Below are positions 10,877-19,664 of a stretch of 64,000 nucleotides of DNA, in pieces. Source of the stretch: Candidatus Danuiimicrobium aquiferis. Lineage in GTDB: Bacteria; Omnitrophota; Omnitrophia; Omnitrophales; Danuiimicrobiaceae. Under the pieces are notes generated by a model. The model was given only the letters and a program-made list of their open reading frames with translations, was not told the DNA's origin and searched no databases. The translations under genes were made by a program, and so were the position numbers. The first letter of the stretch is position 1. Every line of letters starts with the position of its first letter. The stretch is from contig MHFR01000013.1 in NCBI GenBank assembly GCA_001804285.1, forward strand, positions 8,920 through 72,919. The letters run 5' to 3'.

Positions 10877-12562
10877 ATGGCAAAGATGACGGGCGCGCAG
10901 ATTATGGTGAAATGTTTGGAAATGCTGGGAGTGGAGTATGTTTTTGGGCTTCCCGGCGGCGTGATCCTTCCGACATTTGACGTCCTGTATGATTCGAAGA
11001 AATTAAAATTTATTTTGGTGAGGCATGAACAAGGCGCAACGCATATGGCTGATGGATATGCTCGCGCAACCGGAAGGCCGGGGGTGTGTCTTGTGACGTC
11101 GGGGCCGGGTGCGACGAATACGGTGACTGGGCTTGCGACCGCTTATATGGATTCTTCCCCCGTCATTTGTATTACCGGCCAAGTGCCGACACATGCGATC
11201 GGGATGGATGCATTTCAAGAGGCGGATATTGTGGGGATTACGCGGCCGATTACAAAACACAATTTTCTTTTGAAAGATGTGAAAGATATTGCCCGGGTGA
11301 TGCGCGAAGCGTTTTACATTGCGACGACAGGTCGTCCGGGTCCCGTGCTCGTTGATTTTCCGGTGGACGTGAGTCGTGCGATCACCGAATTCGAATTTCC
11401 CGAAAGAATTTATATGCGTGCGTACCGGCCATCCCGCGAAATTGATATGGAACAAATCAAGAAAGCGGCGGAAGCGATCAATAAAAGTAAACGGCCTTGC
11501 TTATATGTCGGCGGTGGGACGATTGCTTCGGATGCATCGAAGGAGTTGCGTGAGTTTGTCGAAAAAACGGGAATTCCCGTGACGACCACTATTTTAGGAC
11601 TTGGCGCGTTTCCGGAAGATCATCCGCTTTCGCTTCGGATGTTGGGAATGCATGGTTCCGCGTATGCCAATTATACCGTGCAGCGTTCCGACCTGCTGAT
11701 TTCAGTGGGCGCGCGTTTCGATGACAGGGTAACGGGAAACATTTCAAAATTTGCGCCGGATGCGAAAGTGGTCCATATTGATATCGATCCATCCTCGATC
11801 TCAAAAACGGTGCGTGTGGATTACCCCATTCTGGGCGATATTAAACCGGTTTTGCGTGAGCTGATTCCGCTTGTCAAAAACAGGCGTCAAGCGATCAAGC
11901 CGTGGATGAAGCAGATTCAAGAGTGGAAAAAGAAACATCCGCTCCGGTACAATCAGGATGATTCGGAAATTCGCCAGGAATATGTGATCGACCAAATCGG
12001 CAAGTTAACGGATCACAAAGCGGTTGTTGTAACAGGGGTGGGGCAACACCAAATGTGGACAGCGCAATGGTATCAATTTTCCGAGCCGCGGACGATGATT
12101 ACTTCCGGAGGGCTCGGGACGATGGGGTTTGGTTTGCCTGCGGCGATTGGTGCGCAAATCGGCCGGCCGGAGAAAACCGTTGTGTGTATCGATGGCGATG
12201 GCTCGTTTCATATGACGCTTGCGGAATTGACAACGGCCAAGTATTACAAGATTCCCGTGAAAATTGTGGTGCTTGATAACGGCTATTTCGGAATGGTGCG
12301 ACAGTGGCAGGAACTTTTTTATAATCGCCGTTATTCCGCCTCGGTTTTGTCGCTTTTAAATCCTGATTTTTCAGAAGTGGCCAAGGCTTTCGGAATATAT
12401 TCCGTTCAAGTTCGCAAGAAAGAAGACGTTGTGGCGGGCCTTAAAAAAATATTGTCACATAAAGGGCCGGCGTTACTTCACGTATTAGTCAAAGGCGAAC
12501 AGAATGTATTTCCGATGGTGCCGGCCGGAAATGCATTAGATCAAATTATGGATATGGCGTAG
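10877..12562 (+). CDS. ilvB: Acetolactate synthase (AHAS) large catalytic subunit
   Basis: ThDP-enzyme N-terminal, central and C-terminal domains; GDGSF ThDP motif; 561 aa. Confidence 0.9.
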   Translation: MAKMTGAQIMVKCLEMLGVEYVFGLPGGVILPTFDVLYDSKKLKFILVRHEQGATHMADGYARATGRPGVCLVTSGPGATNTVTGLATAYMDSSPVICITGQVPTHAIGMDAFQEADIVGITRPITKHNFLLKDVKDIARVMREAFYIATTGRPGPVLVDFPVDVSRAITEFEFPERIYMRAYRPSREIDMEQIKKAAEAINKSKRPCLYVGGGTIASDASKELREFVEKTGIPVTTTILGLGAFPEDHPLSLRMLGMHGSAYANYTVQRSDLLISVGARFDDRVTGNISKFAPDAKVVHIDIDPSSISKTVRVDYPILGDIKPVLRELIPLVKNRRQAIKPWMKQIQEWKKKHPLRYNQDDSEIRQEYVIDQIGKLTDHKAVVVTGVGQHQMWTAQWYQFSEPRTMITSGGLGTMGFGLPAAIGAQIGRPEKTVVCIDGDGSFHMTLAELTTAKYYKIPVKIVVLDNGYFGMVRQWQELFYNRRYSASVLSLLNPDFSEVAKAFGIYSVQVRKKEDVVAGLKKILSHKGPALLHVLVKGEQNVFPMVPAGNALDQIMDMA

Positions 12563-12620
12563 GGAAATAGAAAGTTAGTTGTTGAAAGAGAAATAATAGG
12601 ACACGGGTTTTTAATAGAGA

Positions 12621-12690
12621 GTCATCCCCGCATGCTTTAAGCGGGGATCTAATGAACGATGGATTCCCGCTAAAGACTTGCGGGAATGAC
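12621..12690. repeat. Family A REP-like pair (two hairpin units in opposite orientation) in the ilvB-ilvH spacer
   Basis: gtcatccccgcatgctttaagcggggatc ... ggattcccgctaaagacttgcgggaatgac. Confidence 0.6.
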
Positions 12691-12735
12691 ACTTTTCGAA
12701 CTTTATGAAAGCGGTTCTTAACTCAAGGAGCTCTT

Positions 12736-13359
12736 ATGAAAAAGCATACGATTTCAGTGTTGGTTGAAAATCACCCCGGTGTTTTGGCGCGGGTCGCAGG
12801 CCTTTTTTCCGCGCGCGGATTTAATATCGACAGCCTCGCCGTCGGAGAAACGCATGATCCGGAAGTTTCCCGGATGACAATTTCCGTAACCGGGGATGAG
12901 AAGGTATTAGAACAAATCATGAAACAATTGGATAAGTTGATTGACGTTATCACCGTTGTCGATATCAGCAAGGGAAATCCGATTGAACGCGAACTGGTTC
13001 TGATTAAAGTGTCGGCAAATCCTCAAAATCGCAATGACATTATGCAAATTGTGAATACGTTCCGGGCAAAAGTGGTTGATGTCAGCCCCGATTCGCTGAC
13101 CGTTGAAGTGACGGGAACGGAAAGTAAAATTGACGCGATGCTCGAACTTCTCCGGCCGTTTGAGTTGCGCGAAGTTGTCCGGACGGGTTTGATCGCTTTG
13201 GCGCGCCGAACGGAACTGGCTCCTCCGCCGAAACATGCGGATGAATTGAATGCGAAAAAGTTGAAAGGAAAGCAGATAAGTTCCGCCAAAAAACATGGCG
13301 GATCCGCCATGCTGTGTGTCGGAAAAAAGTCAAAAGGTAAAAGCAAAAAGTCAAAATAA
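12736..13359 (+). CDS. ilvH: Acetolactate synthase small regulatory subunit with a roughly 45 aa lysine-rich C-terminal extension
   Basis: ACT domain [26 protein letters not shown]. The tail after ALARRTE is KGKSKKSK-rich and includes the family B palindrome at 13295-13310. Confidence 0.8.
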   Translation: MKKHTISVLVENHPGVLARVAGLFSARGFNIDSLAVGETHDPEVSRMTISVTGDEKVLEQIMKQLDKLIDVITVVDISKGNPIERELVLIKVSANPQNRNDIMQIVNTFRAKVVDVSPDSLTVEVTGTESKIDAMLELLRPFELREVVRTGLIALARRTELAPPPKHADELNAKKLKGKQISSAKKHGGSAMLCVGKKSKGKSKKSK

Positions 13360-13381
13360 AAAATTAATTGAGGGGATTAAA

Positions 13382-14386
13382 ATGGCAAAGATTTATTATG
13401 ATCAAGATGCGGATTTGAACGTTTTAAAAAATAAAAAAATAGCAATTATCGGTTACGGGATACAGGGCCGCGGGCAAGGGCTGAACCTTCGCGATTCCGG
13501 CGTTTCTGTTATCGTGAGTGAACTTCCGGGGACAAAGAATTATGATCTGGCCGTTCAGGATGGTTTTAAACCCATGGGAGCTGATGAAGCGACCAAGCAA
13601 GCCGATATTATTCAAATATTAACGCAGGATCATTTGCAAGCGCAAATTTATGAGAAGTTTATCGCACCGAATTTGAAAGCCGGAAAAGCCCTTCTTTTTT
13701 CGCATGGCTTCAATATTCATTATGGATACATTAAACCGCCAAAAGATATCGATGTCATTATGGTTGCGCCCAAAGGGCCGGGATCATTGGTACGTTCGCA
13801 ATTTGTTGCGGGCGGCGGAGTTCCGTGTTTGGTGGCTGTTGAGCAGAATGCAAGCAAGAATGCGCTCAAGCTTGCGATGGCACACGCGAAAGCGGTCGGC
13901 GGGACGCGAGCCGGTGTGATCCAGACCACCTTTAAGGAAGAGACCGAAACTGATTTATTCGGCGAACAAGTGGTGCTTTGCGGCGGGTTGACGGAATTGA
14001 TCCGCGCCGGTTTTGATACATTGGTTGAAGCGGGATATCAGCCGGAAATGGCGTATTTCGAATGTTTGCATGAAGTGAAATTGATTACCGATGCGGTTTT
14101 TGTTTCCGGAATCGGCGGAATGCACCGGCGGGTGTCCGATACGGCGGAATACGGGGACTATTCGCGCGGAAAAAGAGTGATCACGAAAGAGACCCGCAAG
14201 GAGATGAAGAAAATTTTAAAAGAAGTTCAGAACGGCAAGTTTGCAAAAGAATGGATAGACGAAAATAAAACGGGCCGAAAAAATTTCGACAAGATGCGAA
14301 AAGAAGCGGACAATCATCCGATTGAAAAGGTCGGCGAGAGTCTCCGGAAGATGATGCCTTGGATTGAAGGTGGGAAAAAGATTTAA
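13382..14386 (+). CDS. ilvC: Ketol-acid reductoisomerase (class I)
   Basis: [12 protein letters not shown] start, Rossmann GYGIQG. The listed ORF start at 13295 is an in-frame upstream ATG inside ilvH; the conserved N-terminus begins at 13382. Confidence 0.9.
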   Translation: MAKIYYDQDADLNVLKNKKIAIIGYGIQGRGQGLNLRDSGVSVIVSELPGTKNYDLAVQDGFKPMGADEATKQADIIQILTQDHLQAQIYEKFIAPNLKAGKALLFSHGFNIHYGYIKPPKDIDVIMVAPKGPGSLVRSQFVAGGGVPCLVAVEQNASKNALKLAMAHAKAVGGTRAGVIQTTFKEETETDLFGEQVVLCGGLTELIRAGFDTLVEAGYQPEMAYFECLHEVKLITDAVFVSGIGGMHRRVSDTAEYGDYSRGKRVITKETRKEMKKILKEVQNGKFAKEWIDENKTGRKNFDKMRKEADNHPIEKVGESLRKMMPWIEGGKKI

Positions 14387-14392
14387 GATTAA

Positions 14393-14422
14393 TCGTAGGG
14401 GCAATTCATGAATTGCCCCTAC
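14393..14422. terminator. Family D 30 bp perfect palindrome after the ilvC stop
   Basis: cgtaggggcaattcatgaattgcccctacg; identical core to 2751-2772. Confidence 0.5.
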
Positions 14423-14434
14423 GGACATTTTTCA

Positions 14435-15991
14435 ATGAGAGACATGATGAAAAGAAAAAAACGGAAAATTTACATTTTTGATACTACGCTACGCGATGGC
14501 GAGCAGTGTCCGGGGGCCTCTTTGACTGCGGATGAAAAACTTCAAGTGGCAAGACAACTTGAGCGTCTCGGTGTTGACATTATCGAAGCGGGGTTTCCGG
14601 CGGCGTCACCGGGTGAAATTGAAGCTATCCAGGCGATTTCTAAAGAAGTGACGAAGCCGGTGATTTGTGCTTTGGCCAGGATGGTGTCTCAAGATATTGA
14701 CGCTGCGCGCGAGGCGCTCAAATATGCGAAGAAGAAACGGCTTCATGTTTTTTTGGCGACGTCGAAAATTCACCGGGAATTCAAACTGAAAAAGAGAAAG
14801 TCTGAAATCTTAAAATTGGCGCAGCAGCAGATCAAATATGCCGGGCAGTGGTTTAAGGACATTCAATTTTCGCCGGAGGATGCGTCCCGTACGGAACGCG
14901 AATTTTTGGCGGACGCGGTTTGGGCTGCGATTGATTCAGGGGCCACGACTATTAATATTCCCGATACGGTCGGGTATGCTTTGCCGAAGGAGTTCGGCGA
15001 ATTGATTGCTTGGTTGATCAAGAAAATTCCGGGTTTGGGAAAGAAAATAAGTTTAGCGGTTCATTGTCATAATGATCTGGGGTTAGCGGTTGCCAATTCT
15101 TTGCAGGCGGTGATGTTCGGAGCGAATCAAGTCGAATGTACGATGAATGGAATCGGTGAGCGTGCGGGAAATGCGTCAATGGAAGAAATTGTGATGGCGA
15201 TTGATACCCGGCGCGATTTAATGAATGTGTATACGGATATTAAAGTGAATCAAATTATTAAATCGTCGCGGCTCGTTTCTCATTTAACGGGATTGGCCGT
15301 GCAGCCCAACAAAGCGATCGTTGGGCGAAATGCCTTTGCGCATGAATCGGGAATTCATCAGGACGGAGTTCTCAAGAAACGCCAGACGTATGAAATTATC
15401 GACCCGAAACGGATCGGTCTTTCCGGGAGCGAAATGGTCATGGGAAAACATTCCGGACGCCATGCGTTCCGCGAGCGGCTGGTGAAACTCGGGATTGTCC
15501 TGAACAGTGAAGATTTAAACCGGGCGTTTGAACGGTTCAAGCGCCTTTGCGACCAGAAAAAATATGTGTTTGATCAGGACATTGAAGCCATTGTCGAAGA
15601 AGAGGTGAGTAAAATTCCTGAAACGTGGAAACTGGAATACACCAAGATTTCAAGCGAAACCGGTGTTGTGCCAAGCGCAACGGTGCGCTTATCCTGTCGC
15701 GGTGAAATCAAAGAAGCTTCATCCGAAGGAGATGGTCCGGTGGATGCGTGCTATAAAGCGATTGAAAAGGCGACCGGAATTGAGGCGACGCTCGTGAATT
15801 ATTCGATTCAATCCGTGACGAGCGGGAAAGATGCGCTCGGTGAAGTGAATATTAAGATGCTCGTGAACGGAAAAGAAATCGGCGGCCGCGCGACCAGTAC
15901 GGACGTAATCGAAGCGAGCGTTAAAGCGTACTTGTTTGTCTTGAATAAAGTTCAAATGCATCAAGGCGGGAAATCCGGTTTACCGATTTGA
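14435..15991 (+). CDS. leuA: 2-isopropylmalate synthase
   Basis: IYIFDTTLRDGEQ motif, HxH metal site, C-terminal LeuA dimerisation/regulatory domain. Start uncertain (14435 or 14444), because 14408 lies inside the palindrome. Confidence 0.88.
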   Translation: MRDMMKRKKRKIYIFDTTLRDGEQCPGASLTADEKLQVARQLERLGVDIIEAGFPAASPGEIEAIQAISKEVTKPVICALARMVSQDIDAAREALKYAKKKRLHVFLATSKIHREFKLKKRKSEILKLAQQQIKYAGQWFKDIQFSPEDASRTEREFLADAVWAAIDSGATTINIPDTVGYALPKEFGELIAWLIKKIPGLGKKISLAVHCHNDLGLAVANSLQAVMFGANQVECTMNGIGERAGNASMEEIVMAIDTRRDLMNVYTDIKVNQIIKSSRLVSHLTGLAVQPNKAIVGRNAFAHESGIHQDGVLKKRQTYEIIDPKRIGLSGSEMVMGKHSGRHAFRERLVKLGIVLNSEDLNRAFERFKRLCDQKKYVFDQDIEAIVEEEVSKIPETWKLEYTKISSETGVVPSATVRLSCRGEIKEASSEGDGPVDACYKAIEKATGIEATLVNYSIQSVTSGKDALGEVNIKMLVNGKEIGGRATSTDVIEASVKAYLFVLNKVQMHQGGKSGLPI

Positions 15992-16025
15992 AAATTGTAT
16001 TATTTACGCGGCTTGTCATTCCCGC

Positions 16026-16055
16026 ATGCTTTAGGCGGGAATCCATAGATTGAAT
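16026..16055. repeat. Family A hairpin unit after leuA
   Basis: gtcattcccgcatgctttaggcgggaatcc. Confidence 0.55.
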
Positions 16056-16125
16056 ATTTTGAAATAAGGAGAAATAGATGAATAATATTAATGTTTTAAC
16101 TGTATTGTTCTCATAGATAGGATTA

Positions 16126-16347
16126 GTGAGTATTGTTTTTTTAATAAAGCCAAGAAAGAACCTATTGTGGCTTCGTATTTTTTCATATTTTTCCATGGGA
16201 AATGGTTGTTTGTTTCTTGCGCATTTTTTTTCTGGTGAATCAGACGCACTTATTTACGGTGTAAATCTTGTGGGTTTGAGTCTGTTAAGTGGTTTGGTTC
16301 ACAGCGAACTGTCCGACATTCGTAAGAAGTTAGAAGAGCGGAAGTGA
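16126..16347 (+). CDS. Hypothetical small hydrophobic protein in an AT-rich island (weak call)
   Basis: 73 aa ORF in a roughly 340 bp AT-rich segment between two family A repeat copies. No recognisable motif. Confidence 0.15.
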   Translation: MSIVFLIKPRKNLLWLRIFSYFSMGNGCLFLAHFFSGESDALIYGVNLVGLSLLSGLVHSELSDIRKKLEERK

Positions 16348-16395
16348 TTGATAAGTTGTTTGGGGTGATGGCTGTTGTGAAGTCATTGTATGTGT

Positions 16396-16465
16396 GTCAT
16401 CCCCGCGGAAGCGGGAATCCAGTAGTATTGATAAAATAATGTAACTGGATTCCCGCTTCCGCGGG
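16396..16465. repeat. Family A REP-like pair whose second unit is truncated by the IS insertion
   Basis: gtcatccccgcggaagcgggaatcc ... ggattcccgcttccgcggg. The second unit lacks the expected terminal AATGACA, which reappears at 17778-17784. Confidence 0.55.
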
Positions 16466-16480
16466 TTAAAATGAATAATT

Positions 16481-16544
16481 GTGTCCTCCTGCTCCAGACG
16501 TACAATCTGGAGCGAGAAGTTAACCTTTTAAAGGAGGAGGACAC
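16481..16544 (+). promoter_or_regulatory. Nested hairpin that sequesters the transposase RBS
   Basis: gtgtcctcct (16481-16490) pairs with aggaggacac (16535-16544), which spans the aggagg Shine-Dalgarno 3 nt before the ATG. Inner hairpin gctccaga..tctggagc. Confidence 0.45.
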
Positions 16545-16546
16545 AA

Positions 16547-17617
16547 ATGAATACAATTGGTACTGATTTTCACAAAAGAACGTCTACGTTTTATGTGCTA
16601 AACCATGATGGTACAAAAATGAAATCATGCAAAATAGAAAATAATCGCGATAATCTTCGGACATTTGTTTCTCAAATTCCAGGTCCGAAACAATTGGCCG
16701 TCGAAGCTACCCGTAGCTGGTCGTTATTTTACGATACGGTTAACGACCTCGTCGATCATTTTTATTTAGCACATCCTAAAAAGCTGAAAGCCATTACTCA
16801 ATCTGAGACCAAAAACGATCAAAACGATGCTCGCGAAATAACCAAACTTACTCATTCTGGTTTTTTACCGACAGCTCATATTACGTCCGTCGATACCAGA
16901 CAATTAAGAAATCTTCTTCGATGCCGGCGCTTTTTGGTTAATCAACGGCGATCTATCCGGAACCAAGTACAAACTCTCATCGATCGCAATATTTGGGCTG
17001 CCGATAGACCGAAATCATTTAAGAGTCCTTTTTGTTCCAGAGGACTCAAATGGCTGAACGCTATCGATCTTCCTCAAAGAGAACGTTTTATTTTGAATGA
17101 GCTATTAAAAACCTATCAACATCTTCTAAAACAAATTTCAACGTTGGAAGACTTTATTCAAACACAAACAGTAGATTTGCCGGGGCTTCAATTCCTGCGA
17201 ACAGTTCCGGGCTTTAGAATGAGCAAAATCAATGCGTATATCATCCTGGTTGAATCAAGCGACATTTCACGCTTTTACAAAGCGCGCGGCTATGCACGTT
17301 ATGTCGGCTTAATTCCCAGAGAATTTTCATCGGGAGATAAGCACCGAACCGGTCGCTTAATTAAAGATGCTAATATGCACTTAAGAACCGCTTTCATCGA
17401 ATCAACGTTGGCAGCGATTCGTGCCGACAAAGGGTTGAAAGCTTATTATAAACAAGTTAAAAGCCGGCAAGGCTCTGGACCGGCAATCATCGCTACGGCT
17501 CGTAAGTTAGCTTATGCCGTGTATCATGTTTTAAAAGAACAAAGGGCTTATCGCCCAGAACCGATAATTCCGCCAGCGGCCGTCTGTCATTCCTTTCCTA
17601 TTTCCAACTGCAACTAA
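16547..17617 (+). CDS. IS110-family transposase (DEDD N-terminal domain + Transposase_20 C-terminal domain)
   Basis: N-terminal IGTDFHK..TSTFYVL block and C-terminal TVPGF..LVGLIPREFSSGDKHRTGRLIKDANMHLR block typical of IS110/IS1111 recombinases. Confidence 0.85.
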   Translation: MNTIGTDFHKRTSTFYVLNHDGTKMKSCKIENNRDNLRTFVSQIPGPKQLAVEATRSWSLFYDTVNDLVDHFYLAHPKKLKAITQSETKNDQNDAREITKLTHSGFLPTAHITSVDTRQLRNLLRCRRFLVNQRRSIRNQVQTLIDRNIWAADRPKSFKSPFCSRGLKWLNAIDLPQRERFILNELLKTYQHLLKQISTLEDFIQTQTVDLPGLQFLRTVPGFRMSKINAYIILVESSDISRFYKARGYARYVGLIPREFSSGDKHRTGRLIKDANMHLRTAFIESTLAAIRADKGLKAYYKQVKSRQGSGPAIIATARKLAYAVYHVLKEQRAYRPEPIIPPAAVCHSFPISNCN

Positions 17618-17841
17618 TTTGGAAATGAGGACTTTGCGGGTTTCGCGGCGCTTGGTGGTGAATTTTATATTAGTGATCTTTTAGATGCACTCAATAGTGG
17701 ATTGGTCACAAGACCTTAAACCCGTTAACTTTTTATTAAAGAGCAGTTAAACTATTTGACACAATTATTCATAGTGGAATGACAAGGTTTGTTGCTTCAG
17801 AATGACGTTAATTTGACATTGGTTTACTATAAACAAAATTC

Positions 17842-18711
17842 ATGCGTGCCATTGGCGACAAAGATATACAAATATTCGGTATTTTCGGATTTCCGCTCGG
17901 GCATACGATATCTCCCGCAATTCACAATGCCGCATTTGACGTTTATGGTTTGAAAGCGTTTTATTCCGTTTTTGAACGGCCTCCCGTAAGGTTCCGTTTT
18001 TTAATGAGGAATCTAAAATCCATTTTATTAAACGGATTTAATGTGACGGTTCCCTATAAGGAAGCCGTGATTCCGTATTTAGACCGGATTGATCCGATGG
18101 CGCGGAAAATCGGCGCAGTGAATACGGTCAAAAAAGAAGGCGGGGCGTGGGTCGGTTACAATACTGATTATGAAGGTTTTCTGGCCGGCCTGAAACAAAT
18201 GCGCTTCAGTCCGAAAGGGAAAACAGCCGTTATTTTAGGTGCGGGCGGTGCGGCGCGTGCGGTTAGTTTTGGGCTTGCGCATCAAGGGATTCGTCGTTTG
18301 GTAATTTTTGACGTCATTGAGAAAAAAGCGCAGGACATTGTCCGGGCGTACCGGAGATTTTATCCGGCGGTTGAATGGGTCATCCGGCCGATGAAGGATG
18401 AGTATCTCGAGCCTGTGCTGAAAGAGGCGGACCTTTTAGTCAACGCAACGCCGGTTGGGCTGCATGCGGGAGATCCGTTGATTATAAAAAAATCGTTTTT
18501 CCCGAAACGGAAAATCTTAGTTTATGATTTAATTTACCGACCGCGGCTGCCGCGGTTTTTAAAATTGGCGAAAAGCCTCGGGCATTCGGTTGTGAACGGA
18601 GAAACGATGCTGCTCATGCAGGGCGCAAGGGCGTTTGAGATCTGGACGGAAAAGAAAGCACCGGTTCAGGTGATGAGAAAGGCGATGGATGATGTTTTAC
18701 GCGCTTCATAG
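17842..18711 (+). CDS. aroE: Shikimate dehydrogenase
   Basis: FGIFGFPLGHTISPAIHNAAF N-terminal motif, NTD..G block, Rossmann GAGGAARAV. Confidence 0.85.
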   Translation: MRAIGDKDIQIFGIFGFPLGHTISPAIHNAAFDVYGLKAFYSVFERPPVRFRFLMRNLKSILLNGFNVTVPYKEAVIPYLDRIDPMARKIGAVNTVKKEGGAWVGYNTDYEGFLAGLKQMRFSPKGKTAVILGAGGAARAVSFGLAHQGIRRLVIFDVIEKKAQDIVRAYRRFYPAVEWVIRPMKDEYLEPVLKEADLLVNATPVGLHAGDPLIIKKSFFPKRKILVYDLIYRPRLPRFLKLAKSLGHSVVNGETMLLMQGARAFEIWTEKKAPVQVMRKAMDDVLRAS

Positions 18712-19486
18712 CGTTTTTGTGTTTATGTTCGGTACGATTTTCGGGAGCTTTTTTAATGTGTGTATTTACCGGCTTCCGCTCGAAGAATCTGTGGTGGCGC
18801 CGCCTTCTCATTGTCCGAAGTGTAATCATCCGATCCGCTGGTATGACAATATTCCGATTTTGAGTTTCATTTTTCTCCGGGCGAAATGCCGGGATTGCGG
18901 AACGAAAATCTCAATCCGCTATCCGGTGATCGAGCTGATTACCGGATTAGGTTTTTTATGGATGTGGATCATATATGGTTTGTCGGTTCAGGCATTTGTC
19001 GGTGTGTTTTTATTTTCTTGTTTATTGATTGCAACCGTGGTGGATATTGATCACCAAATTATTCCCGATGAAGTGAGCCTCGGTGGACTTGTGGTCGGGT
19101 TGATCTTAAGTTTTATTTTTCCCGCTATTCATGCACAGCAAATTTGGTGGAAGGGCGGAGTTCAGGGATTGGTGGGAGCGCTGGCCGGCGGTGGGATTAT
19201 TTACATTACGGGGGTTGTCGGTGATTTTGTATTCAAAAAAGAATCGATGGGCGGCGGTGATGTGAAGCTTCTTGCGATGATCGGATCGATTGTCGGTTGG
19301 CAGAATGTTTTGCTCGTTTTTTTTCTTGCGCCGGTTCTGGCGGTTCCGCTCGGGCTTTATCTTAAGTTTGTGAAACATGAGGAAGTTCTCCCGTTCGGGC
19401 CGTTTATTTCGGTTGCCGGCTGGATTGCATTTTTGTGGGGAGAACCGATCATTTATTGGTATCTCAACGGAATGAGATTTTCTTAG
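18689..19486 (+). CDS. pilD: Type IV prepilin leader peptidase (A24 family)
   Basis: N-terminal CPKC...CRDCG zinc motif, DIDHQIIPD and GGGDVKLLA catalytic aspartate motifs, polytopic membrane protein. Confidence 0.85.
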   Translation: MMFYALHSVFVFMFGTIFGSFFNVCIYRLPLEESVVAPPSHCPKCNHPIRWYDNIPILSFIFLRAKCRDCGTKISIRYPVIELITGLGFLWMWIIYGLSVQAFVGVFLFSCLLIATVVDIDHQIIPDEVSLGGLVVGLILSFIFPAIHAQQIWWKGGVQGLVGALAGGGIIYITGVVGDFVFKKESMGGGDVKLLAMIGSIVGWQNVLLVFFLAPVLAVPLGLYLKFVKHEEVLPFGPFISVAGWIAFLWGEPIIYWYLNGMRFS

Positions 19487-19505
19487 AGTGCTGTTTCATA
19501 AGTTT

Positions 19506-19622
19506 GTCATCCCCGCGAAAGCGGGGATCCATAAGTCAATTAGAACCGAATAGTTCAATGGATTCCCGCTAAAAGATTGCGGGAATGACAGTTCTGCAAC
19601 AGATCCTTTCGCGGGGATGACA
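19506..19622. repeat. Family A REP-like cluster (two full units plus one half unit) between pilD and aroC
   Basis: gtcatccccgcgaaagcggggatcc ... ggattcccgctaaaagattgcgggaatgaca ... gatcctttcgcggggatgaca. Confidence 0.6.
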
Positions 19623-19664
19623 AGCTTATGAAACTGCCGAACTACTTATACAAAGGAGACGGAC

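Larger units (their letters stand above)
16466..17777 (+). mobile_element. IS110-family insertion sequence (about 1.3 kb) inserted into a family A REP-like hairpin unit
   Basis: DEDD-type transposase ORF. The repeat half gcggg at 16461-16465 and the aatgaca at 17778-17784 are contiguous in intact repeat copies elsewhere. No long terminal inverted repeats, as is typical for IS110. Confidence 0.65.

Noticed and set aside
13295-13381. Upstream extension of ilvC (ORF listed from 13295) overlapping ilvH
   Set aside because: The conserved KARI N-terminus [12 protein letters not shown] begins at 13382 with its own RBS. The upstream ATG lies inside a palindromic repeat and in the ilvH tail.
14408-14434. 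leuA start at 14408 as given by the ORF track
   Set aside because: Codons 1-9 lie within the 30 bp perfect palindrome/terminator at 14393-14422. The downstream Met (14435/14444), just before the basic MKRKKRK and the conserved IYIFDTTLRDGEQ, is preferred.
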